Below are positions 35,963 through 48,048 of a stretch of DNA of 64,000 bases, in pieces. The stretch comes from Selaginella moellendorffii. Lineage: Eukaryota > Plantae > Lycopodiophyta. The stretch spans positions 4,143,229 to 4,207,228 of the forward strand of contig NW_003314264.1 in the NCBI RefSeq assembly GCF_000143415.4. The letters run 5' to 3'. A program made the translations under genes and the position numbers. The notes beneath the pieces were generated by a model. It had not been told where the DNA came from and searched no databases. It was given only the letters and a program-made list of their open reading frames with translations. The first letter of the stretch is position 1. Each line of letters begins with the position of its first letter.

Positions 35963-38544
35963 ATGGCGCCTGCCAGACCAGGGTAAGCTCTCGCGATTCT
36001 ACTGCTAGATCTTGCTCGATCGTTCTAGATAGTCTCTTCTTGCGGAGTTGCCCTAAGATTCTTGGAAATCCAGGAAACCCGTGAGAAGAAATATCGAGAC
36101 TAACCTCATTGAGATGGATTTGGACGATGACGATGAGGAAGATCCCAACATTGGCGAAGACATGCTTCTAAGTCCAGTGAGTGCTCGCCGGAGAAATTTT
36201 CTTTTAGCTCTTTGTTTGAAGTTGCTCTACACAGGAGGAGATCAAGATCTTAGGCGATAGAGGATTTGACACCGTCGTAGAACGGCTTAAAGTGCAACTC
36301 AGTAAGGTTTGCTTTTGCGCTTGCCAAAGAACTTGGCAACTTTTCTTTGCTCCTTTCGTTTTTGCTTTCTTCTTTCTTCCGAGAACTTAAATTTTGCCGT
36401 TGATTTTTTGCAGCTGCCAAAACTTCGAGAATCGAGCACTTGAAAGACGTGATCGCGCAGCTCGAGAGTGACGTTGAAAAGGCCAGGAAGCTCATTCCCA
36501 AACAAGACATATCAAAGAGCGTGCTGCTAGACAAGGAGCGTTCGCGGTGGCGTATACGGAAACTGCAAGGCGAGGTCACTACACTGAGCTCACAAGTCCG
36601 CTACTTCAAGGGTGAGAATGAGAAGCAGCAAGCGGAGGAACACGGTAACGAACAGCGGGTATGAAAACTTTTTCCTCGCTCACAAACTTTGGCGAAGCTA
36701 AAACAAATCAAGGAAAATGTTATGTGCAGATCGAGCACCTGCACGAGGAGCTCGATAAAGAACGAGATCGCGTCCAGAAGATGTCCATCGAGCTCGCAGC
36801 TTGTAGAAGAAGGGAGGCGGAGCACAGGAACCTCTTAGTGGAGGTGAAAACGTTGCGAGCCGAGAAGAACAGGCAAGAACACGAGCGCCGGAGCACCGCT
36901 TACATTCTCAAAGTCAACAAAATGCAACGGGCAGAACACATGAGGCTCTTCCGACGAGAAGTACCAGGCCTCAACGATCTCAGCGATACTTTTCCATATG
37001 GAAAGCGTGTTCGTCGAAAGGTGACACTGGCGAGACCGAGCTCCGCGGCGTCGGGAAAGAGAAAGATTTCGATCGCAAGAACAGTCGATGGTTAGTGTTC
37101 TCGAGAGTCTTCCACGGCACTTGCTTATCCACAGCTCTTGCAGGCTCTTCCATTGAATCTTTACGAGAACAGCAGGAGAAACAAGCAAGACCCGAGGTAT
37201 AGCAATTTTTTTGTCTCTCTCTTCGCGTGAAAATTACCAATGATCAGCTGCAGTTGCCATGCCCGTTGCTTCTCCCGAGACAAATCGACAGCATGTCTGC
37301 CTCAAAGAAATCCCATGCAACGCGACCTCTTGCGTTGCTCATTCCGAAATGCGGCATACAAATCAAGCAGGTGCCTGTGTTGATCACAAGGAGGAGGAGC
37401 TCAGTGAAATTCTCCCGAGAGGAAAATCCAAAGCTCACAGTGCTTCTCCCGGGAAAAGTCGCGAAAGAGCTTAGACAGCCAGAGCTTGTATCCTACGACA
37501 CGGTCTTCAGCCGGCAAGCAGGGAACAGGGATCAGACCATTAAGCTGCTGCTTCCAAGGCAATCAAAACAGAGCCAGTTCCAGGAAGAACAGAACGAAGA
37601 GCTTAGGCCCGACGTCCAACCGTGTGATCAACCGACGCGAGCTCTGATTGAGAAGTACGAGAGGGACGAACTGGAGACGAAACAGGAGATGAAGCAGCTG
37701 CGAATGAACCTCGGAATGAAAATGCAGACGATAAAAAACATGAGCACTCAGCTGGCCAAGAGGGACGAGGAAATCAAGGCATTACAGGCACTAGCAGGCT
37801 CGCTGCTTCCAAGGCCAAGCACTCCCGATCCAAACGACGAAAGCGACGAAGAAGAGCGGGACTACAATCAGCACTACATAAAGCAGCTGCAAATGGACTC
37901 GTCCCTCAAAGCCCAGGTTATCAAAAACTTGACCCTCCAACTCCAGAGGAGGGACGAAGAACTCAAGCAGTTCCAGAGCTCTGAAGGCGTGTCAATGCCG
38001 AGAGCGTTCAGAGACTCGTCCCAAAGCAACAACGCCCAGCAAGTGATAAAACAGCTCCAAGTGGAGCTGGGGATCAAACTGGACGCGATAAGAAACTTGA
38101 ACGACCAACTCGACAAGAGGGACCACGAGATCAGCCTCCTCCACAGGCAGCTCGAAGTAACAAACGAGAAGAAAAAGACCTGGAATGTCTGGGAGAACAG
38201 ATGTTACGAGGAACCAGTGAAACAGACTCCAGCAAGCGCAAACTCGCTTGACCTTCGGAAAAGGATTGTAGAGCTCGAGATGGACTTGAGAGCCGCCAGA
38301 ACCGAAGCCGACAAGCTCAGAGCCGCCGCTGATCCAGAGTTTCTTGAAGAAATCGAGCGCGTCAGGACGGAAAACCAAGAACTTAATCAGGTACCTGGTT
38401 TTTGGCTCGACTTCTTTAGCTGACGCTTGCTTTTATCGATGGATTGCTTCCCAGTTGTGTCAGCGCTATGAGAAGATGCTGCATTCTTACTGTGGCCAAC
38501 TCGGCGTCCTGTTCAAACCTCTCAGGAGCGAAGGACTGAGGTGA
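35963..38544 (+). CDS. Uncharacterised coiled-coil protein, multi-exon
   Basis: ACCATGG start followed by a GTAAG donor; E/K/R/Q-rich exons; three internal repeats of K(Q)L.M.(L/S)..K...IKNL..QL..RDEEI in the large exon. Confidence 0.65.
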
Positions 38545-38616
38545 GCTCACGCTCCCTTATCTTAGTATAGCAAACATATTGTTTTGAGAATCCATCCTAG
38601 CTGACTTTGAGAGAGC

Positions 38617-40453
38617 TTACTGTGTCACCTCCACGCCACTCTCTGGAGACATATCCCTCCCTGTTTCGTCATCGTCCTCGTCCTCGTCCTCGTACTCCTC
38701 TGCTCTTCTAACAAACTGTCCCTTGACCCGGGGCCTCTGCTCAGCCAAACGCTTGCGACTTGCATATCTGATCTTCTTCTCGTAGCACCTGTCCTTCCGC
38801 TTTTGCCTGAACTTGTGTAGCGCTGCCTCTCTCCGCTCCGCTACGCCAGCTTTTCTCTCAAGTCCAACTTGAGGCAACGCTGCGGCGTTCCAAGGGACCT
38901 GTTGCGATGGTATGTGCAGAGGAAAAGGATAGTACGAGAACGCTGCTGCCGGGATGGGAGTAGCCTCTGGCGGCGGCACAGCTTGATAGTAGTGTATCGG
39001 TGGCTGTAGCAGCGTCGAGGGGTGGATCGAGTGCGGCACCATGAGCGGCGGGATGATGTGAGCCTGGTTGAAGACGCCGGTAGCAGCGTGAGCAGCAGCG
39101 GCAGCAGCAGCACGGGGGTCGTTTATCTGTAACACCTGGTATTGTTCCGCTGCTCCAGTCGTGGAGGAGCTACTCCATGGTATTGAATGCTGGTGGTGGT
39201 GGTGGTGGCTTTGCTCTGGATCATCATCGGGTTCCTGCGTTTGAGTTAACTCAGCCGCTTGGTTTCCTCTTGCTCCGACCTGGCCTGGTTCTTCTAAGTC
39301 TAGAGGCTGCTGCGATGTTCCTACAGGCACTTCCATGCACGTAGGGGGCTGTGTCGTCGAATCGGGTTTTTCAGCGTTCGTTGTCCTGCTGACGACCCTT
39401 GTGTAGCTCAAGAATGCGGAAGATTGGCCCAGTTTCAGTTCGCTCTTCCTTGGAGGAGACGGTCTTCTTTCTGGAAGAGAAAAGCTATAAGGCTTTTTGA
39501 AAGAAAGATGGTAGCCACACTTGCAAACTCACCTGGTTCACCAATCTCTGTTGTTCTTGTGGAATCTTTGGACTTCGGCGTCAGTGACAATTCTAGCTCG
39601 GGTGCCTGCCATACTTCGAACGTTAAGCTTTTTTCCCAGAAGAAATAGTCAGAAAACAACTAACCTGTTCTTCTTCTTCGGAGATTGGTTTAAGCTTCTT
39701 GACTTTGTTGTCGTTGCTATCCTCCGAAAAGATGTCAGTGCTGAAAGTGTTCGACTCACTCGTATCCGAGACAAAAATCTCGGCTATGGTATTTCTGCTC
39801 GACAAGTGTCCCTTGAGTATGTGTTTTTCTGTGAGTCCTAGCTGCGAAAAGAGAGAAGAAAACAAAACATGCTTCTTTCTAAGACCAAAAAAACTACCAT
39901 TCGTCTTCTTCGCCACATATGAGTCCACAGATTGAGCAACTCATTTATTCGCAAAGGCTTCACCAGATAGTCGGCCGCCCCAAGTTTCAAGCACTTGACA
40001 ACCACGGCCATCTCATCACGCGCAGACATCACTGCAAAGAAAAACTCGCTCCATCAAAAACAACTCCAAGGAAGAAAGATCGTTTCATCTAAGCACAAAA
40101 GAAGATTTACTTACTGACGATTGGAATGTGCTTGAAATTCTCCGACTTCACAATATGTTTGAGCATCTTAAATCCTCTACCATTTGGCAGCTCCACCTCG
40201 GAGAGCACCAAATCCACCTTAGAATCAGTGATATTTAGCACCTCCACGACTTGTCTAGCAGTCTTTACAACGGAAACTACAAAAGGGAAAACAATTGCCA
40301 AACGAGATCAAACTTTCGCACAGATCACTACATACCTTGATATGAACAGCGGCACAGCAGCTCTTTCACCTCTTGCGCGGTGGCTGAATCCTTATCACAC
40401 AGAAGAATGCGTACTCGGCTTCTATCAAACCCGATCTTTCCCTCGCCCTCCAT
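38617..40453 (-). CDS. TOC1: Pseudo-response regulator TOC1/PRR1 (pseudo-receiver + CCT domain), multi-exon
   Basis: [22 protein letters not shown]...CSYQ|[12 protein letters not shown] (Glu at the phospho-acceptor site), [29 protein letters not shown]|LGL, LFSDDT-like [54 protein letters not shown]. Confidence 0.93.
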
Positions 40454-40649
40454 CCTCTTATCGGCCACCGCTACACGCGAGGATTTCTACCGCATTTGTG
40501 CTGAATGCGAAGATTCATCCTCCACAGAGAGAATGCGGTCGAATTGAAGCCCTAAGCTCGATTCACACATACCGATCGCGAGCGCCGTGGGAGGAACCCT
40601 ACTCTCTTTCTCCCCCGGCCATGGCAAATTAAACTAGAAAGAGAGAGGG

Positions 40650-40817
40650 AGATATTTTTCTTTACCTCTGGTGAAAACCGTGGTAACTGGCTTTGCGGCT
40701 GTTCCATATTGCGCCACGTCACCACACTGTAAAAGAGCAAAGTGAATGCCACCTCGAGGCCAATAGTGATTGTCCACGTGGTGGCGAGGCGATATCTTGT
40801 GGGTGGCGCAAACGTGG
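40650..40817 (-). promoter_or_regulatory. TOC1 promoter: evening element plus G-box/ACGT cluster
   Basis: AAAATATCT on - strand at 40650-40658; CCACGTCA 40714-40721; CACGTG 40775-40780; AACGTGG 40811-40817. Confidence 0.75.
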
Positions 40818-40996
40818 ACGATGTATCTCCACCGCACTTTCAACCCAGCGGCCTGGATCTCGCGCTCTTAAAGTTTAAAAGGGTCTACGAGAATATTCTA
40901 GAATCTCTTTCAGCGCTCGAGAAATTTGGGAGCTCATTTGGCGATGGAGCTCCGGAGCTGCCGATCGAGCGTCAATCCTTCGTTGCCAAGGCCGCA

Positions 40997-42570
40997 ATGG
41001 GAGGCGCAAGTGAGGTAACATCAATGTCCGGCATTCTTGCTCGATCGAGCGCTTGCTTGCCTGTATACCCTAAGCAGCAATCGTGTCGATTCCCAGGGAT
41101 GTATGCAGGGCGCTGGTGAGCGGATGGTCGGATCTGGGAGATGACGATCTTGCGATCTCTGAAATCTCTGGCGGCATCACGAATTTGCGTAAGAAAAAAT
41201 ACGATGAACTTGCTAGCGAGCAAGGTTAAAGTTTGTTTTTCTAGTGCTAAAGGTCTTGGACAAGAAACAGAATGAAGCTGTTACAGTGCGAATTTTTGGT
41301 CCCAACACCGACGCTGTCATCGACCGGAAGCGCGAGCTCCAGGTGTCAAGCTGAGAGTGTCTCCATCTCCATCCACGTTTTGATCTATGGAGCTAAGTTT
41401 GCTGTATGTTGTAGGTGCTGCCACATCTTTCGGAATCAGATTTTGGAGCAAAGCTCGTGGGATTGTTTGAGAATGGCATGATACAGTCCTTCATTGAAGC
41501 ACGGACACTCGTTCCAGTAGGTGTGATTTATGTCGAGTACTTCTTTTTTGCCTTGATTGTCACTTTTTCTTCTCCTTAGCAGACTTGTCCAAGCCAAACG
41601 TAGCCTCGCTTATTGCAAAGGAGCTGCGAAGGCTACATTCGTTGCAGATACCCGGATCGAAGGAGCCTCAACTTTGGGAGGATATTCTCAAGTTTTATGA
41701 CAAAGGTATCTCTTCTTCTTCTCTTTCCTTTTTACCTTCATACATTACAACGTTTGGCAGCAAGGCTGGTATCATTTGAGGATAATGCAAAACAGGAGAG
41801 GTTAGGGGAAGTGTCATTTTCGCGACTGATGGACGACATAAAAATGCTGAAGGTGGAGTTCCTATCGTGATTGACACATCCTAAGTTTGTATTACATGAT
41901 GCAGGGCATCAGCGACTCCTTGAAAGCGCCGATCGTATTTTCTCACAACGATCTTTTATCAGGCAATATCATGCTCAATGAAGCTAGCGGTATATATATC
42001 TCTTCACATTTCGGAAGCCTTTCTAACTCGGTACTTTCAGGCCGGCTCCATCTCATTGATTTTGAGTATGGTTCTTACAGCTACCGAGGCTATGATATTG
42101 GAAATCACTTCAACGAGTATGCCGGCTTTGAATGCGACTATTCCTTGTAAGCCATCTTACTCTCTCATGTTTAAACTCAAAAGTTTGCCAGGTACCCGAA
42201 CAAGGAGGCACAGTACCACTTCTTCAGGCACTACTTGTCTCCTATAGATCCATCGAAGGTGCGTGTGTGTACTACAGTTTGCTGGACAACAATGTTGTTT
42301 CTCTGTAGGTCTCCGACGACGAACTTGAAGTTTTGTTTGTAGAGACGAATTTCTATGCGCTCGTTTCTCATCTGTATTGGGCGATATGGGCCATTGTCCA
42401 GGTAAAAACAAAGTTGAGCAGTAAATGGCATGTGACATCTGTATTTGCAGGCAAAGTTCTCACCAATCAACTTCGACTACCTTGGATATCATTGCCTGAG
42501 GTACAAAGAGTACGAGAGACGCAAGAAAGAACTCGCCGTGTTCTCGATCGTCAACATCTGCAAGCAATAA
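40997..42570 (+). CDS. Ethanolamine/choline kinase, multi-exon
   Basis: ISGGITNL|LK, VRIFGPNTDAVIDRKRELQ, FGAKLVGLFENG, Brenner motif VFSHNDLLSGNIM, LIDFEYGSYSYRGYDIGNHFNEYAG, SHLYWAIWAIVQ. Confidence 0.92.
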
Positions 42571-42692
42571 GTAGTCCCTAGGTACAAGTAGGCATTGCTA
42601 TTTGTCATAGTTTCTCCCTCTTGCAAGTAAAGGATCTTAGGCTGTCCCATTTGCGTCCATTGGATTGAAAACGCCGTCTTGCAGAAGAGAGA

Positions 42693-43690
42693 ATGGCCCT
42701 GACGAGGATTGGAGGTCCAGCAACAGCAGCAATGCCATCGCTACCACAAGTTCGAGCAGTGTCCAATGAATTGTGCTCGTGGAAGTTTTTGGTGGGTAAG
42801 AGGGCAATCATTACGAGCAGCAAGAGCAGGCTACTAGAAGTTCGCCGTGGAGGATTGCGTTCTTCTCGACGGCTCCGCTGTACTGGAGAGAATTCTGATC
42901 CTTCGACCCCAAGTAGCCAGGTTTGTTCCAAGTCTTAGTTTTTTGGTTTTTTGGTTTTAATCCCAGTTTCCTCTTTTGTAGAATGGTGAAGCTCAACCAA
43001 GCCCTCCTCCATCAAAACCTCCTCCAAGTCCTAGTCCCCCTCCAGTTCCAAGTAAGACTGGAAATCGTATCGTAGCTCTTGTTTCTGCTGCTGCTGCAGT
43101 GTGCTTATTTTTGGCCAACAGAGGCGCTGGGGTCGGCCCAAACTTGAGCGAGCTCTCAGCAAAAGCGATGCCATACGAAGAGGTATCCATCTCGTCTCAT
43201 CAAGATTCGTTTCGTTACAGGCCTAACTTTTCTTCTTCACCTGCAGGCGATTCACAATGGCAAGCCTACTGTCGTCGAGTTCTACGCAGACTGGTGTGAG
43301 GTGTGCCGTGAGATGGCTCGCGATGTCTACTCGGTGGAAGAGAAGTACAGGTAATTCTTGCGTGACAACTCTGGCTTTTGCTGATATGTTTATGCGGAAT
43401 GGAGCAGAGACCGCGTGAACTTTGTGATGCTGAATGTGGACAACAGTAAATGGGAGGCAGAGCTAGACGAATTTGGCGTGGAAGGCATCCCACACTTTGC
43501 ATTCTTGGATGGGAAGGGCAATGAGGAAGGCAACATAGTGGGCAGGCTACCAAAGAAGTATTTTGCTGAAAATGTGGATGCACTTGCAAAGGGACAGGAG
43601 ACGATTCCACACTCCAAGGCTGTAGGCCAGTTCTCCAATGCCGAGATGCGTCAGTCTCCACGGATGGCTTCACCTCGGACACATGGATGA
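42693..43690 (+). CDS. HCF164: Thylakoid thioredoxin-like protein HCF164, 4 exons
   Basis: Transit peptide, TM anchor, [53 protein letters not shown], ends PRTHG*. Confidence 0.93.
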
Positions 43691-44099
43691 CAAGGCCCAA
43701 GGAATGGCTAGTATATTTTAGTATATGTTTGTTACTCATGCTCTGATTGGTGCTTCATCTTTGTGAACATTGATTATTAGTTATTTTTTTTGAGAACCTC
43801 ATGTATAAATTAAGTTCCTTGACTTAGAAATGTATTATAAAACAGTAATAGATATAATGAAAAACTAGTAATGGGATTATGGCAATTAATATGTGATTAC
43901 ACTAAGGAGCATTATATATTTATACATGGCATGAAATATAGAAATGATAATTAACCCAAAAACCCTAACTTATAGGATTAAAACCAATTTAACAACTATC
44001 AGAATCCTATACCAAGAATGGAAAACAGTCAAAGTTCTCTAATAGACAAGTTAGGATCTGGAAGAACATTAAAAAGAGGTAGTAGTAGATTTATAAATG

Positions 44100-45340
44100 G
44101 TGTTAATTATTTTTAATCCCTTTATATAAAGTGTTTAAACCACTGCACATGCATAATTTATGGAGGATCAACATATTAGATGTGATATCAAATCTCATAA
44201 ACTTGCAACATTCAATATGGTTTCTTCCATTTAACAAGTAGCCTTTTAGACAAATAACATACCATAAAATTGAGAAAACAAACTAACATTAAGTCATCCA
44301 TTTTGTGTGAAGATAAATTTAACTTTGTTAATAGTATTGGATCATGACCATATAAAATTTTATATGGTGAAGTATTAATAAAACTCTAGACCCCTGTGAT
44401 ATATGCATACTGAAAAGACAGTAAATAACTATCCTAAGGAGGATCATTATCCAAAAAAATTCACTCTATACAAGAATGTTAAAAACACCATTGTATTGAG
44501 GAAAAAGTATCTAATAATAATTGCAAACATACTAACAAGAGCATCAACTTCCACCCAATGAGTCAAATAGTCAAAAATAATAATGATATGCTCTTTGCCA
44601 ATAATCAACCATAGAAAAAGCCCTATTAGATCAAATGCTACCAACTCAAATAAACAGGAAATTGTGATTGACTCTAACCATCTTTCCATGACATAAAGGG
44701 GAGTATTACAAATTTTGCACTAAACGTAGCTACATATATACTAAATAATATCACATTACATCTTCAGCCAATAGAAACATCTGTATAGCTTCTCAATCAC
44801 TTTCTATTAATATCTAAGAACCATGTAGATATACATTAAGTTTCTCAAGTTGCTGCTAAACACTTCTCCTTTTTGAAGTCATTCATCTGTGTTAGTTGTA
44901 ATATACAATTGATATATACAATAGGATGGTGCTGATTAGGCATACTCGGGCTCTATTGTATCAACATACCTCCAATATTAAAAGTATCTATACCCAAAAT
45001 GAAAGGTTGAGTATAGTCAGGATATGCCAAAACTGAAAGAGTTGTCAACAACTCTTTGAGATTTATAAACACTCGCTCATAATCCACAAACAAAATAAAA
45101 AACAATATTGACAATTTCAACAATGCTTGCAATAGTGCAATATTATTAAAAAGATGATGAATAAAATGTCTGAGATATTACACCTTGCATAAGAAGCACT
45201 ACACATTATTCACACACTTTGCAGTAAGAAACTTGAGAACAACTACAAGTTTGTTAGGATTAATTTGTAAACCTTCATAAGAAATACGATATCCTAAATA
45301 AGTCATGTTTTTTTACACAAATACACACTAGATTAAAAGT
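44100..45340 (-). pseudogene. Highly decayed Ty3/gypsy pol remnant (RT end, RNase H, integrase)
   Basis: - strand fragments YLGYRISYEGL, VLAYPDYTQPFILGIDT, FELVAFDLIG...IFDYLTHWVEV. Confidence 0.65.
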
Positions 45341-46331
45341 GAGAAATATAAAAAAGTATGAGACAAAAGGGAAAAGCCTCAAAATCATATTTGGCATGAT
45401 TGCATCACAACCAAACTATATTAAGGATGAGGTTAAAAGCTTGACTCGACACTACCCCCAACGATTGTAGCTCAAGTTTGAGATTGCCTATGCACAACTA
45501 AATCCACCTCATTCTATGTGTATGGCTGTTACCATAAAGAATGAAAACTAGTTCTATTACATAATGCAAATATAGATAGCAACATATACCAACAAGCCAA
45601 GTAATAAAAGATAAACTTAAGCCTATATATCAACTAATACAAAGAGAATAATAATAGACCTCTTATTATAAAAACAAGCTTAAAAAGTAAACACTAGATG
45701 AACTAGTGCCGAGTGGTGATACTCTTGAAATTAAGATGGATGGGTCACCAACTTATCCACTACTTGCATGACTCTTTATTTCCTAAAAACATCTTAGTAT
45801 CTAGACTTTCCACTGCAGTAACACCAATAAGATATTGTTGTTACCAAAGTTTCAACTCAGGAAATGGAGGTTACCAATCTAGAAAATGCTATCAACACTG
45901 ATAAGTGTAACTAACTTTATCACATGCCTAACAACAGACATCATGGCCATGACCACATCCTTCACCTTTGTTCTTGAACTTGGCCAGCAGCAGCATCAAC
46001 CTCCATTAAAACAAGACTATATTCTACTAAAAGCAAAGGTAAAGGACGTGCCGCAAGAAATGGAAAAGACAATGTTTTATAACGTTATGTCAAGCAAAAA
46101 GCATCATAAAAGTGGTTGAAGTAAGTATATGCATAAATCTTGCAAAATTTTGACAAAGTGTTAACCACAACATTCCCAACTTAATTTGCTCCGACATATT
46201 TGGCTCCACATTAAGCAAGAGGCTTGGAAACAAATGCTAAATTGCATCATTGACTTAGATGGCCCTTAATGAAGACAATACAATTATTGAAAGGTATTAT
46301 CATATGTCTAAATACAATGTTCTATACCACT

Positions 46332-46471
46332 CAGCCTTTGCACTTGGTCTAAGTGCTCCATATATCCAATTCCATGATAAACACCACAAAGGTATCATGG
46401 ACAAATAAGCTCGTTATGATAATGGTATGTCCATTTACCCTTGTCTCATTAATAGTCCAACACCACCTATG
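46332..46471 (-). mobile_element. Old family-A LTR fragment acting as insertion target; resumes at 54205-54303
   Basis: TTTGCACTTGGTCTAAGTGCTCCA...AGTCCAACACCAC aligns to 46616-46745 of the young LTR; the LTR terminus recurs at 54258-54303. Confidence 0.75.
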
Positions 46472-47474
46472 TGTAAGCGACTAAATTTTCCATTCTACTT
46501 TAGTCACTTAACCACACCTCTGACCGCTTGGAGGAGTCTCATTCACAACCTCCATAAGTCCAATCCAGGACTTGGGATTTGCTAGCCCCGAGAATGGCAT
46601 CCATGCCACTCCACATTTGCACTTGGTCCAAGTGCTCCACGTGTCCGATCCCATGACCGACACTCAAAGGTACCACCGACATAGCAGCCCGTTACGCTAA
46701 GGCCATGCCCAATCACCTTTGCCACACTAGTAGTCCAATACCACTTGCATCACAGTCTTGGCTCTCCAAGACTAGGCAAACCATCCGTGAGTGGTCATCT
46801 CAGATCCACTCCTTAGCATCCTTAGGATGCCCACCGACAAGGGGAATAGCCTTCCCCAATATCCCTCTGTCAGTCCCCACTAAGTCCCTTTCTGCCCCTG
46901 GCCGTGTTTGCCAACACTGCCACTGGATCAAGACCCACAGGCCCGACCACTAAGTCCCACGGTCCTCTGGGACTTCCTCACCACACGACTGTGTCCTTGG
47001 TCACTGCCCCAGAGGAATGTTCCTCTTCCTTTCCACAGTCTGGGCCTTTGGGACAACATTTCGGAACACCGTGGCCTTACGCGAGCCACCTGGGTACTCT
47101 CCTCGCCTTTCGCCTTTAGGTGCTCTAGCCATGGGCTTAGAGCGGGTTCCGTTGAGCCACACCAGGTATCCAAGTAGGTAGTGCCACCCACACTTGGACT
47201 GGGAGCATCGGCCAGTCGATCTCCCGGGGGAACTAGAGCCGGCTCTTGAACACTTCACCAAGCTACCCCGCTTGTCGGTCCGTGTTCACTCTAGTCTTGG
47301 ACTTCCCAGTGGGCAGCTCATCACCCAACACTGGGTCCGGCCTTCCTGGGCCAAACTGGCCTTTCCTGGCCAAACTGGCTCCACTGCAGTCCTCCCCCTA
47401 CTATACTTTTGGAGCTCACCAAACCCCCCAGGGTCTGGGAGACGAACGCTTTGGGCTTTCACCCTCTCAGGCTC

Positions 47475-48048
47475 CGGACTCGGACTCGGACTCGGACTCG
47501 GACTCGGACTCGGACTCGGACTCGGGCTCGGCCTCGGTCTCGGCCTCGGCCTCGGTCTCGTCTCGGTCCCGATCTCGGTCTCGGTCTTGGTCTCGGTCTC
47601 GATCCTGGTCTCGGTCTCGACTTCGGACTCCATCTCGGACTCCATCTCGGACTCCATCTCGGGTCCATCTCGGGTCCATCTCGGACTCCATCTCGGACTC
47701 CATCTCGGGTCCATCTCGGACTCCATCTCGGACTCCATCTCGGGTCCATCTCGGGTCCATCTCGGACTCCATCTCGGACTCCATCTCGGGTCCATCTCGG
47801 ACTCCATCTCGGGTCCATCTCGGGTCCATCTCGGACTCCATCTCGGACTCCATCTCAGATCCATCTCGGACTCCATCTCGGACTCCCTCTCGGGTCCATC
47901 TCGGACTCCATCTCGGGTCCATCTCGGACTCCATCTCGGACTCCATTTTGGGTCCATCTCGGGTCCACCTCGGACTCCATCTCGGACTCCATCTCGGACT
48001 CCATCTCGGGTCCATCTCGGACTCCACTTCGGACTCCAACTCGGGTCC
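47475..48048. repeat. Compound minisatellite in the 3' LTR of family A
   Basis: (CGGACT)8, CTCGGT/CTCGGC hexamers, then alternating GACTCCATCTCG (12 bp) and GGTCCATCTCG (11 bp) units. Confidence 0.95.

Noticed and set aside
43182-43247. Possible U12 intron in HCF164 (GTATCCAT donor)
   Set aside because: The donor deviates from GTATCCTT and there is no TCCTTAAC branch site; treated as a normal GT-AG intron
47620-48048. CRISPR-like array
   Set aside because: Contiguous tandem units with no unique spacers, in a eukaryotic LTR, with no cas genes
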